Assembly: GCA_048940925.1 (NCBI GenBank)
Contig: JBHLOC010000005.1
Location: 48,978-112,977, forward strand
DNA: 64,000 nt
Direction of reading: 5' to 3'
Origin: Promethearchaeota archaeon
GTDB taxonomy: Archaea; Asgardarchaeota; Lokiarchaeia; Sigyniarchaeales; SOKP01
Both the position numbers and the translations under genes were made by a program. The notes below the pieces were generated by a model that did no database searches, was not told the DNA's origin, and saw nothing but the letters and a program-made list of their open reading frames with translations. Every line of letters begins with the position of its first letter. The stretch's first letter is position 1. Of the stretch, positions 47,609-56,972 are shown one piece after another.

Positions 47609-48642
47609 TGGTAGAGAAGAAAAAATCAAGTTTTACTGATAACTTAAAAGGAAATGTTGAGAAATTAAATAAGAAAGTAATCCAACCAACAAAAACTTGG
47701 CTTTCAGAGCATGTTTTTAAAAGAACTACAATTGTAATAAAAAAGACCTTTCATGATATATATTCATTTAAAAAAATGATTGCTATGATTATAGTAATGT
47801 TGATTCTACCACTAATTTACATTTCTCTATCTTCACCTGTTGATTTTGGACTAATTTCACCTTCTCATGCTGCTATTGTCATTAGTATCGCATTAGCATT
47901 TCCATTCTTTTTTTGGTCTTTAGGTTTATCTTATACTGTGTTTATTGGGATCTCTGGATCTCCACTTATTGCTGATGAATTAAACTCGGGTACAATGCTG
48001 ATATTAGTTAGTAAACCTATAAGTCGAATAAAAATATTTCTTGGAAAATTTGTTGGTGTTTTCCTGTATGGAATGTTGTTGAGTTTTATTGTTATATTTG
48101 TGAGCGGATGGATGGGAGTTTTGATAAAATCAGGAAATATAGATCACTTTGTCACCTTGATACCATTTTTGACCGCATTATATCTCTATAGCTTGTTCAT
48201 ACTATTTCTATTTACCAGTATTACAATGGCACTATCAACAATTTTTAAAAAATCAAGGAATGCATCAGTAGGGATTCTTCTTGTATCAATTTTTTCTTTT
48301 CTCGCATTTCAACTGATTAGAACAATGGTGGGGGGTGCTTATGTAATGTTTCAATTATACCATTTTGATCTTGGTTATCATCTGGGAAATGTGTTTATTT
48401 TATTCATTGAAAGTTTGGACGCTATTCCACCATCAACAAGCTGGCAACGTATATTCGGAATGATGACGGGAGTATATAGTACTGAATCACCAATCGATCC
48501 TGATCAAAATATTAATCTTGGTGGCTTTAGTAAGACTAATTATTATTTGCCTATCGTTTCTCTCTTGATATGGCTTTTAATTGCTTTCTTACTATTAGCA
48601 TTTGCTTTAATAAGTTTGAAGAAAAGGGAAGTTTCTGTGTAA
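47608..48642 (+). CDS. ABC-2 type permease
   Basis: IADELNSGTMLILVSKPISRIKIFLGKF; multiple TMs; TAATG overlap. Confidence 0.88.
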   Translation: MVEKKKSSFTDNLKGNVEKLNKKVIQPTKTWLSEHVFKRTTIVIKKTFHDIYSFKKMIAMIIVMLILPLIYISLSSPVDFGLISPSHAAIVISIALAFPFFFWSLGLSYTVFIGISGSPLIADELNSGTMLILVSKPISRIKIFLGKFVGVFLYGMLLSFIVIFVSGWMGVLIKSGNIDHFVTLIPFLTALYLYSLFILFLFTSITMALSTIFKKSRNASVGILLVSIFSFLAFQLIRTMVGGAYVMFQLYHFDLGYHLGNVFILFIESLDAIPPSTSWQRIFGMMTGVYSTESPIDPDQNINLGGFSKTNYYLPIVSLLIWLLIAFLLLAFALISLKKREVSV

Positions 48643-48787
48643 TTCTTATTTTAAAAAATCTTTTTTTTTCCAATTTAAAGGAGGTTTAATTGAATTTCTT
48701 AATTTCAAATAATAGTAGATATACCTTTTTCGCAGGAAATCAAGAAATTAGGTATTATTAAATTTGTATGATAATAAAAAAAATAAG

Positions 48788-49747
48788 TTAGAAGTTAGAG
48801 TATGTCATAAATTTATCTCCTGAGCCTAAACTATAAATTTCAAACTTCTTACCTCGTTTGGTTTCAGCATGCATCAATATCATAGGAAATAGATAAATCT
48901 GAGATGTAATTTGGGCATCTTTATCTTTTTCATGAGTCTTGTAATCACTACCTGCAGAATTTATTGTCTTTCTTATGTTTTTATTCCAGTATCCTAATGA
49001 TGCTTCCGCTTTTGAATCTAATTCTTTAAAATTACTAAATTTTATACCTTCCACGTCTTCAATCATTTTGTGGAGATCTTCTCCAATTTCTTTTTCATAT
49101 CTCGTTTGTGCGCTAGAATGAAGGACAGGAATTCCAGTAACAACCGTTTGAAAAGGTACAGGAAGTTCTTCATATTTATAGAGGTTTTTATGACCTCCAC
49201 ATTCTTTACAAGGTTCTATTCTATTTCCTGTTCCATAACATGCTCCACAGGGATAAGAAAATGGTTTCTTTTCTTTTTTTTGTTCTTCACCGACTAAAAT
49301 AGTAAAAGTTTCTTCAATTTTCCCGGTTCCTTTACAAGTTTTACATTTATCCTCAATATATCCTTTTCCTTTACAATTTTTACAAACAACTGCTTGAATT
49401 GACTCAAAATGAGGAACTTTTTCGTCTCCCTTCCAATTCTCTTTATTAATTTTTCCAGCTCCCTTAAATGAATAAAATTGAACTCTTCCTACCCTAGGAG
49501 CAGTAACTGTATTTTCTTCTTTACCTTTTGGAGCTGGTCCAAGAGATTTTTTAACAGCAAAATAAATCGCTGCTTCTTTCGTAGTATCCTTTACATACTC
49601 AGCTGCACTGATTGCATCTAATGAGAAAACAGCCCCTTTAGTCCCAAACTCTTTCTCCATTTTCTTGCGATCCGTTCTTGCAACTTTTTGTTTCCATCGC
49701 AACCATATATCATCAAGGTTTGGAGTTTTAATTCGTACATCTGGCAA
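48788..49747 (-). CDS. DnaJ-type CxxCxGxG zinc-finger protein lacking a J domain
   Basis: CKNCKGKG, CKTCKGTG, CGACYGTG, CKECGG; no HPD motif. Confidence 0.7.
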   Translation of the reverse strand: MPDVRIKTPNLDDIWLRWKQKVARTDRKKMEKEFGTKGAVFSLDAISAAEYVKDTTKEAAIYFAVKKSLGPAPKGKEENTVTAPRVGRVQFYSFKGAGKINKENWKGDEKVPHFESIQAVVCKNCKGKGYIEDKCKTCKGTGKIEETFTILVGEEQKKEKKPFSYPCGACYGTGNRIEPCKECGGHKNLYKYEELPVPFQTVVTGIPVLHSSAQTRYEKEIGEDLHKMIEDVEGIKFSNFKELDSKAEASLGYWNKNIRKTINSAGSDYKTHEKDKDAQITSQIYLFPMILMHAETKRGKKFEIYSLGSGDKFMTYSNF

Positions 49748-49896
49748 TTTTTTATCAACTTATAAAATTTATTTTAGTTTACAATTATTTTATTTAATAG
49801 GTTTGGAATTAAAAAAATATAAAATAGAATAATTTATAATTTTATATAAAAGAATATTAAAAATAGAATAATTATAAGAGAAAAGGAATATAAAAA

Positions 49897-50058
49897 ATGT
49901 CTGCTGAAGAACGTCAATCAGTCGAGTATTTCCTTGAATGGATTAAGAATCAAGGACTTTCACAGTGGATTGAACATTTCTTAAACCAAGGCGATGAAGA
50001 AAGACTCAGGCAAATAAAACAAGTTTATGATAAAATTAAACAAGTTTTTGGATTTTAA
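49897..50058 (+). CDS. unannotated 53-aa helical protein
   Basis: Manual translation MSAEERQSVEYFLEWIKNQGLSQWIEHFLNQGDEERLRQIKQVYDKIKQVFGF; AAGGA upstream, T-rich tract downstream; higher GC than its flanks. Confidence 0.65.
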   Translation: MSAEERQSVEYFLEWIKNQGLSQWIEHFLNQGDEERLRQIKQVYDKIKQVFGF

Positions 50059-50180
50059 ATTTTTCTACCTTTTCTCTAATTTAATATCTTAGTGTAAGAA
50101 TTGTTTTTTTTTCTTAATTTAGAAATTAGAAAAATTGAATTGGTATTATTCCTTTTTTATATCAGTATCTAAATAATTTA

Positions 50181-52862
50181 GTGGTTTCTCCATTGAGTGT
50201 TCCCTCAAGGAATTTCTTCATCGTTTTAGATTTAAACCGAGATTCAAAGAAAAAACTACTTTATAATGTTAATTTCTTTTATTTGAAAAAATTCAACAAA
50301 AAAAGGTTTACATTTTCCTATATAAGTGATCCTTTTTTTAGAGGATCTGTTCTTTTTGGTTTAGATTTTAAAAATCGAACACGTCCATTGAGTTTTGATA
50401 AGATTAGTAAAGATAATAAGATTTCCCCCGTGGATCCTAAATTCTTTAAGAAATTTTTGCTTTCAGATTACAATAAGTTTATTGCTTTTTCAAATCAAAC
50501 TCCTTCTGAAGAGATTTCACCAGTTAAAAATATGCTTAACAGCTTGCAATATGAAAAACACAAAATTGTTAATTTAACTTTCTGTAAATCATGTTTAGAG
50601 AATCAAAATCAGAAATTTACTATTCTAAATGAGAATTTTCAAATTAAGGCGATCAAACAAGGATTTTTATGTTCTAATTGTGCATATGAAATTGTAATAC
50701 GACAAGCACGACTTGCTGGATTAATTTCAGAGAAGAGAGTAAGTTTAAAATTAAAAAACTTTTTAACACATATGATTCTTAAGTTTAGAGACGTTAAAAA
50801 GGTTTTAAGTGTATTTCAAGCAGATTTTAATCCAGCAGCGAACAGAGAAATTACACTCTACGATATTGAGAAAGCTCCTCCTATGAGTAAGAAGTATCTC
50901 ACTCAAAAGATTGAAGATCTTAATATACCTAATTCTTTAAAAGCTATATTAAAATATTTAAAGATTTTCAAGCTACTTCCAATACAGGCATTATCAATTG
51001 AAAAAGGCTTACTTTCAGAAAGAAGGAATCAATTAATAATGGCCCCTACTTCTGGTGGAAAGACCCTCGTAGGAGAATTAGCAGGAGTTTCAAAGATATT
51101 ATATGATAGAAGAGCAAGAATGTTATATTTAGTTCCAATAGTTGCGTTAGCAAATTTGAGAACTGAAGAGTTTAAAGAGAAATATAAATCTCTTAAATTA
51201 AATATTGTTAAAAAGATTGGAGAATCAATATTTGAAAAGAGTAGTGAGTCTGACCAGGAAGATTTAGCTAATGCTGATATTATAATAGCTACTTATGAAG
51301 CGATTGATTTCATTCTAAGAAGTGGAAAGAAAGAGATATTAGGTAGAATAAGCACCATAGTCATTGATGAGATTCAAACTTTAATAGATTCCGATCGTGG
51401 TTTCTTATTAGATGGTTTTATTTCTAGACTCAAATTTCTTTATGCTAATGCACAATTTTTATATCTAAGTGCTACTTTAGGAGAACCGAAATTATTAGCT
51501 AAGAAGCTTAATAGTGAATTGATTATGTATAATAATCGTCCTGTACCTATAGAACGACACTTATTACTATGTCTTAATGAAGCTCAAAAACAAAAATATA
51601 TATTTAAATTAGTGCGTGTAGCTTTTTCGAAGAAATCCAATTACGGCTTCAAAGGACAATCGATAATATTTACAAATACTCGGAAAAATTGTGAATCAAT
51701 ATCAAAACTACTTGAAGAAAGAGGAATTAATGTAGCATCTTATCATTCGGGATTATCTAATGAAGAAAGAAAGATTATTGAAGAAAGATTCCGTACTCAA
51801 AAAATTGCTGCAGTAGTAGCAACAGCAGCATTAGCTGCAGGGGTAGATCTTCCGGCAAGCCAAGTCATTTTTGAATCTTTAGCAATGGGAATAAATTGGT
51901 TAACTGTTGCAGAATTTGAGCAAATGTTAGGACGAAGCGGACGGTTGAAAAAACATGACCTTGGTTATGCATATCTTCTTGTGGAACCAGGAAAAGTATA
52001 CTCTCCAAAAATGAAAGAATCAGAGGAAGATATCGCTATTAAATTATTGAATGGAAAAATTCGAGATTTTGAATTAATTCCAAATAGTGAGAGATCTCTT
52101 ACAGAATTATTAGCATTTGTTTCGATTTTTACTAATAGTGTTAAACGAGAGATGATTTACTTATTTTATAAAAACTTAATTAATAATGAATATGATTTTG
52201 AAATCTCTTTAAAAAAATTAAATGATTTAAAACTAATACGCTTTAAAGAAGATTTCACTGTTCGGATAACTAGATTAGGACAAGCAGTTGCCAAGTCATT
52301 CTTAACTATAGATCAATGTTTAGACATTATCAATATTTTACAAAATAAAATGAAAAAACCTTTAGAAATTGCTCTTGACTTAAAACCAATTAAAAATGTA
52401 TATTTATCTAAAAAAGTTGTAGCTGATCTAGCAAAAAATGTGAATATGAAATATTATAGCAACAATTTATTTAGTGCTAGCGTCTTATCTCTGATGAATG
52501 CTGAATATGTGAGGAAACGTAAAACATTTTCTCAAGAATTTATTGAATTTGTATTAAAATGGATAAAGGACATTTTTAATTGTAATTGTAAAGATTCTCC
52601 ATTTTGTGACTGTGGAAGGTTAAATCTTGAAAAATTAATTTTAAATTTAAGAATAAAAAAAAAATTCACGATAGAAGAAATCTGTAACTACTTCGAGGAG
52701 GAATATAACATAATAATCTTTAAAGGAGATGTTATCGATTATTTAGAGAATTTAATCTACAGCTTAGAAAGCATTAAAAATATTCTAGAAGGAATTTTAC
52801 ATTCTAATTATGAATCTGATATAGGTGAAATTCCTAAACTTATTGAGCAGATTAAATATTAA
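50181..52862 (+). CDS. SF2 Ski2-like helicase (ASH-Ski2/DUF5814 type)
   Basis: APTSGGKT, DEIQ, SAT, YHSGL, TAALAAGVD, QMLGRSGR; N-terminal CxxC..CxxC; C-terminal CNCKDSPFCDCG. Confidence 0.88.
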   Translation: MVSPLSVPSRNFFIVLDLNRDSKKKLLYNVNFFYLKKFNKKRFTFSYISDPFFRGSVLFGLDFKNRTRPLSFDKISKDNKISPVDPKFFKKFLLSDYNKFIAFSNQTPSEEISPVKNMLNSLQYEKHKIVNLTFCKSCLENQNQKFTILNENFQIKAIKQGFLCSNCAYEIVIRQARLAGLISEKRVSLKLKNFLTHMILKFRDVKKVLSVFQADFNPAANREITLYDIEKAPPMSKKYLTQKIEDLNIPNSLKAILKYLKIFKLLPIQALSIEKGLLSERRNQLIMAPTSGGKTLVGELAGVSKILYDRRARMLYLVPIVALANLRTEEFKEKYKSLKLNIVKKIGESIFEKSSESDQEDLANADIIIATYEAIDFILRSGKKEILGRISTIVIDEIQTLIDSDRGFLLDGFISRLKFLYANAQFLYLSATLGEPKLLAKKLNSELIMYNNRPVPIERHLLLCLNEAQKQKYIFKLVRVAFSKKSNYGFKGQSIIFTNTRKNCESISKLLEERGINVASYHSGLSNEERKIIEERFRTQKIAAVVATAALAAGVDLPASQVIFESLAMGINWLTVAEFEQMLGRSGRLKKHDLGYAYLLVEPGKVYSPKMKESEEDIAIKLLNGKIRDFELIPNSERSLTELLAFVSIFTNSVKREMIYLFYKNLINNEYDFEISLKKLNDLKLIRFKEDFTVRITRLGQAVAKSFLTIDQCLDIINILQNKMKKPLEIALDLKPIKNVYLSKKVVADLAKNVNMKYYSNNLFSASVLSLMNAEYVRKRKTFSQEFIEFVLKWIKDIFNCNCKDSPFCDCGRLNLEKLILNLRIKKKFTIEEICNYFEEEYNIIIFKGDVIDYLENLIYSLESIKNILEGILHSNYESDIGEIPKLIEQIKY

Positions 52863-52873
52863 ATTAATCAAAT

Positions 52874-54067
52874 CTAGGATGTATGAATTTCTATTATATC
52901 ATTATCCTCTAATCCGTAGTCAAGTCCGACTCTTTTTCGTTTTTGACGAGCATTTTGTCTAATAACTATAGCATGGTCAAAATCATCAAAAAAACTTCTA
53001 TGAATTCTCAATGTTGCATCTTTTATCGTGGAATCTTCATCCATAATTAATGGTTTTTCAGCAATGTTTCCTGAACTCATTGTATATATTCTAATCTTTT
53101 TCAATTGCTTCAAAATTATTTCTCCAAAATCATTAGGAAAATTTTTAGTATGAATACTTGTACCTAAAATGAGAGGAAATTCATTTGAATAAGTGTTTTT
53201 TAATTTAATAAATTTCTCTTCAGTATGGGGAAGATCACCTTTAGTTCCTATGACAATTGCTTTTTTATAAACTAGAGACGGGATTAATGAGTCTACAAGT
53301 TGATCGAGAGAAATCTTTCCAAAAACTTTTACTATAGCATTCTTTATTCCGTTCTCACGAACAATTTCTTTTATTTTATCTGTAAGATCTTCTAAATCAT
53401 CATTATCTTTTGCTTCTTGAGTCAAATACAAAACTTGAATTTTATTTGATCCTGTTTTTTTAATTGTTAATTTAGGAGATAATACATTTATCCTAATATC
53501 TGCCTTGTATAATTCTTCTTTAAGTAATTCCATTTGTTCTTTTATATCTCTTGATAAATCTATGCATAAACATATTAAATCACATGATCTAATTTGAGAA
53601 AGTATTTCTTTCCCATTTCCTATCCCTTCCGATGCTCCCTTCATTATTGAAGGCATATCTACACATTGAATTCGTATTTTGTTATGTTTATAAATTCCAA
53701 TTTCAGGTAAATCTGTAAATTTTCCAATTTTCTCACCACCTGCTCCTGTTAAAAAGTTTAAAATCGAAGTTTTACCTACTCCAGGGGTATAAAAAGCACT
53801 AATAAAAATTAACTGAATACCCTCTTTTTTAATAGAGAAGGGTGATATAACCTTTTGAGTGCTTTTTTGTCTTGTTTTTCGTTCCTCTAGTTCACGTTTC
53901 ATTTTAGCTAAACGAGATTTATTCAATGCCACGATTTTTTCAGTTGCTTTGTGCTTGGGGACTAATGAGAGAAATTCTTCTAATTTTTTTATTTTCTCCT
54001 CTAAAGATCCTGCATCCAAATATTCCTGATATTTGACTTTAGCTTCTGCTCCAATATTAGAACTCAA
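52874..54067 (-). CDS. DRG/Rbg-like OBG-family GTPase with TGS domain
   Basis: PKHKATEK N-terminus, GVGKTS, GASEGIGNGKEIL, TKGD, RVGLDYGLEDNDIIEI. Confidence 0.85.
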   Translation of the reverse strand: MSSNIGAEAKVKYQEYLDAGSLEEKIKKLEEFLSLVPKHKATEKIVALNKSRLAKMKRELEERKTRQKSTQKVISPFSIKKEGIQLIFISAFYTPGVGKTSILNFLTGAGGEKIGKFTDLPEIGIYKHNKIRIQCVDMPSIMKGASEGIGNGKEILSQIRSCDLICLCIDLSRDIKEQMELLKEELYKADIRINVLSPKLTIKKTGSNKIQVLYLTQEAKDNDDLEDLTDKIKEIVRENGIKNAIVKVFGKISLDQLVDSLIPSLVYKKAIVIGTKGDLPHTEEKFIKLKNTYSNEFPLILGTSIHTKNFPNDFGEIILKQLKKIRIYTMSSGNIAEKPLIMDEDSTIKDATLRIHRSFFDDFDHAIVIRQNARQKRKRVGLDYGLEDNDIIEIHTS

Positions 54068-54092
54068 AAATCAAATCCCTAGAAAAATTTAA

Positions 54093-54548
54093 TTAAAATA
54101 TAGAACGAAAGCGATCTTCTGTTTTTAATCTCAGATCTCCTAAAATTTCATTAATTCTAGCATCAAAATTTTTAAAATATTTAGGTTTTTTCGAAAATAT
54201 ATCATTTAATGAATAACGATTTAGAAAATAAGTTAGTATTTCATTTAGTTGCTGTTTAACAACTGACACTTCTGTTCCTTTCTCAACAATAGCAAAGGAT
54301 AATAACGGTTGTTTATTTTCAACCTCTTTACTAGGCAATTCTATCATTTCACAGTAACACACTAGTTTAAATGATGCGAGAGAGATGACATTTATGTCAT
54401 CTCCAAAAACTTCACTTGTAAAACTCTCCAGAGCTGATAAAAATCCCGCTCGCAGATTTGGATCTAAAATATTATCCGAAGACGTATAATATTTTATATC
54501 AAGAAGATTTTTCATTCCTAAATTTATACCTACTTCAAGAATTGCCAT
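54093..54548 (-). CDS. longin/roadblock-like small protein
   Basis: DPNLRAGFLSALESFTSEVFG...FLNRY...F..F...I pattern of Asgard longin-like proteins. Confidence 0.6.
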   Translation of the reverse strand: MAILEVGINLGMKNLLDIKYYTSSDNILDPNLRAGFLSALESFTSEVFGDDINVISLASFKLVCYCEMIELPSKEVENKQPLLSFAIVEKGTEVSVVKQQLNEILTYFLNRYSLNDIFSKKPKYFKNFDARINEILGDLRLKTEDRFRSIF

Positions 54549-54764
54549 TTTCAGAAGAAAACATTTACTATTTTATCATATAGTTTTGTATCAATTTTTG
54601 TATGATAGTAATATTTTTTATTTTTTTTTCTATTTTTTTTTTAACCTTTAATTAATAAAATTCTTTTGTTTTCTTAAGAAGTTATTTAGTTTATTTAAAC
54701 TAGCTTTCAATTAGATTTTACTAGTCTAAAATTAAATTATAAAAAGAAAATTGTTTGTTTATTA

Positions 54765-55628
54765 TTATTTTAATTTCAATTGTCTTTTATAGGTAGTAAA
54801 AGTATTTTGAAATAGAAAACTTACAGTTAAGGGCCCAATACCGCCAGGAACGGGTGTGATTTTACTACATTTATCCAGAACACCTTCAAAATCAACATCA
54901 CCACATATTTTATCTTTTAATCTGTTTATACCAACGTCAATAATTACCACACCTTCTTTAATCCTCTCATTTGTTATGAAATTTGGTTTTCTTACCGCAA
55001 CAATTAAAATGTCTGCATTTCTAATATAACGATCAATATTTTTTGTCGAAGTATGGCAAATAGAAACTGTTGCGTTCCGCTTTAATAATAAAAAGATAAG
55101 AGGTTTCCCTACTAAATTCGACCTGTTTATAATTACGACGTCTTTACCCTTAAGATCAATATTATAATGTTCTAAAAGTGTTATTATCCCTTTAGGAGTA
55201 CAGGGAGCTAATTCCTCATCATAATCAAAAAGTTTACCTCTATTGAGTGGAGTTAAACCATCCGCATCTTTATCTGGTGATATATGTGCTAAAAAATTAG
55301 GAGTCTCATTAATTAATTCATTTGGAAGAGGTGCTTGTAGTAAAATAGCATGAATTGAGTTATCTTCATTCAGTTGTTTAATTTTCTTTATTAAATCTTC
55401 TTTTGATATATATTTATCTAATTTGATTGTTATAGTTTCAATACCAATTTGAGAACTTGTTCTCTCTTTTATATTAACATAAACCTTTGAAGCTGGATCT
55501 TCTCCAACTAAAATGGTGGCTAATTTTGGTATTATTTTTGTCTTTTCTACAGCTATTTTTATTTTTTTTTTTAAATCTAGATTTAACTCATCTGCTAACT
55601 TTTTACCATCTAAAATTTTATTATTCAT
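54765..55628 (-). CDS. folD: methylenetetrahydrofolate dehydrogenase/cyclohydrolase
   Basis: ILDGK, LATILVGEDPASKVYV, KDADG, PCTPKG, RSNLVGKP, IDVG, ITPVPGGIGP. Confidence 0.96.
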   Translation of the reverse strand: MNNKILDGKKLADELNLDLKKKIKIAVEKTKIIPKLATILVGEDPASKVYVNIKERTSSQIGIETITIKLDKYISKEDLIKKIKQLNEDNSIHAILLQAPLPNELINETPNFLAHISPDKDADGLTPLNRGKLFDYDEELAPCTPKGIITLLEHYNIDLKGKDVVIINRSNLVGKPLIFLLLKRNATVSICHTSTKNIDRYIRNADILIVAVRKPNFITNERIKEGVVIIDVGINRLKDKICGDVDFEGVLDKCSKITPVPGGIGPLTVSFLFQNTFTTYKRQLKLK

Positions 55629-55724
55629 AACTCTTAGCTAATTTTATCTCATTAATTATTTTAGAAATATTTGAAGAATAAAAAGTAATTTTATTATTTA
55701 CCCATTAATAATTAATAGAATGCG

Positions 55725-56819
55725 TTAAATTCTTCTTTTACGCCACCAATAAATTGCAAAAGCAAAAGCTAATCCAATAGAAACCAAGACTATAAACAAA
55801 ATCCAGTAGTTAAACTCAACCATCCAAATTTCTTTTGATAAACTAGATAAACTGGGCTCAAGTATTTTTAAAGCTGCAAAAGCATAATAAGAATCTATTA
55901 CTGAAGATGATGATTGCTCAAATCCTTCAATTATGTCGGTAAAGCCCCCATCTTGAAAATTTTGCCTAGATAGTATCCATCTTGTTGTTTCCGTTTTATT
56001 CAATTCAATATTTCCTATTAAAGATAGGGTTTTTACACAATAATAAGTACTACTTAATAAAGAATGTTTAGCATTATTATCAGGTAAATATCCTCCATAA
56101 TTGTCTGGATCTGCATTGTTGGCCACATAGAATGATTTAAGAAAACTTGAGGTTTGATTAAGATTTGTAATGGCACTTAAATTTCCCAGCTCATTCAGTA
56201 TAGATATAGCGTGAAAAGTACTAATTATTGTAGAGACTAAACTAATATTTCCACCATATCCTCCATCATTATTGTAAGTAGATAAAACCCAATCAATATG
56301 AAGATTTTTATTTTCTATTGGTTTATTTATTAAAGAAAATATTTGTGTAACATAGTAAGTTGAACTTAAACTTACTGAAGATGAAGCATTTGAAAACGCA
56401 AAACCACCACTGCTTTGTTCTGTTTCATTGAGATATTTGTAAATTTTGCTTATTAAATCTTCTTCAAGGGAATAACCTAAAGAATCTAAAGAACTTAGAA
56501 TGTAAGAAAGATCATATAAATTTACAGAATCTTGATCAATCATATCTTCTATTCTTTCTTCTAAATATTCTTGAAGTAATTCTTCTTCATGAGGATTTCT
56601 CCCAAAATGATCTAAAATATTCAAAGCACAAGCAGTTGCTTCAAAAGAAACTCTACTGTTATTAGAAATAGCATTTGAAAATCCTTCACCCTCTATTTCT
56701 GTATTAAAGATGAAGTTTACTAAGTATGTATTTCTTGTTCTTCCAAAAACACTCGGAATTATACTTATTGTCAAAAAAAATATTAAAAGAATCACAATAA
56801 AATTCCGTTTGCTTTTCAA
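55725..56819 (-). CDS. prenyltransferase/squalene-cyclase-repeat (alpha/alpha barrel) protein with signal peptide and C-terminal TM
   Basis: Repeats EQSSGGFA, YNNDGGYG, YGGY, QNFQDGGF, each followed by a STYY/TF-type helix; N-terminal hydrophobic segment; C-terminal TM plus WWRKRRI. Confidence 0.78.
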   Translation of the reverse strand: MKSKRNFIVILLIFFLTISIIPSVFGRTRNTYLVNFIFNTEIEGEGFSNAISNNSRVSFEATACALNILDHFGRNPHEEELLQEYLEERIEDMIDQDSVNLYDLSYILSSLDSLGYSLEEDLISKIYKYLNETEQSSGGFAFSNASSSVSLSSTYYVTQIFSLINKPIENKNLHIDWVLSTYNNDGGYGGNISLVSTIISTFHAISILNELGNLSAITNLNQTSSFLKSFYVANNADPDNYGGYLPDNNAKHSLLSSTYYCVKTLSLIGNIELNKTETTRWILSRQNFQDGGFTDIIEGFEQSSSSVIDSYYAFAALKILEPSLSSLSKEIWMVEFNYWILFIVLVSIGLAFAFAIYWWRKRRI

Positions 56820-56972
56820 TTAAAAAAACCTAAGTCAGATTATTTAAATTTTTAATTTTTTAAATTTATCTTGAAATTAAAAATTATCTATCAGAGGAAC
56901 CTAAAGAATTGTTTTATTTCAACATAATTTTAAAAAAGATTTTATTAATAAAGAAATATAAATCTCAATATT

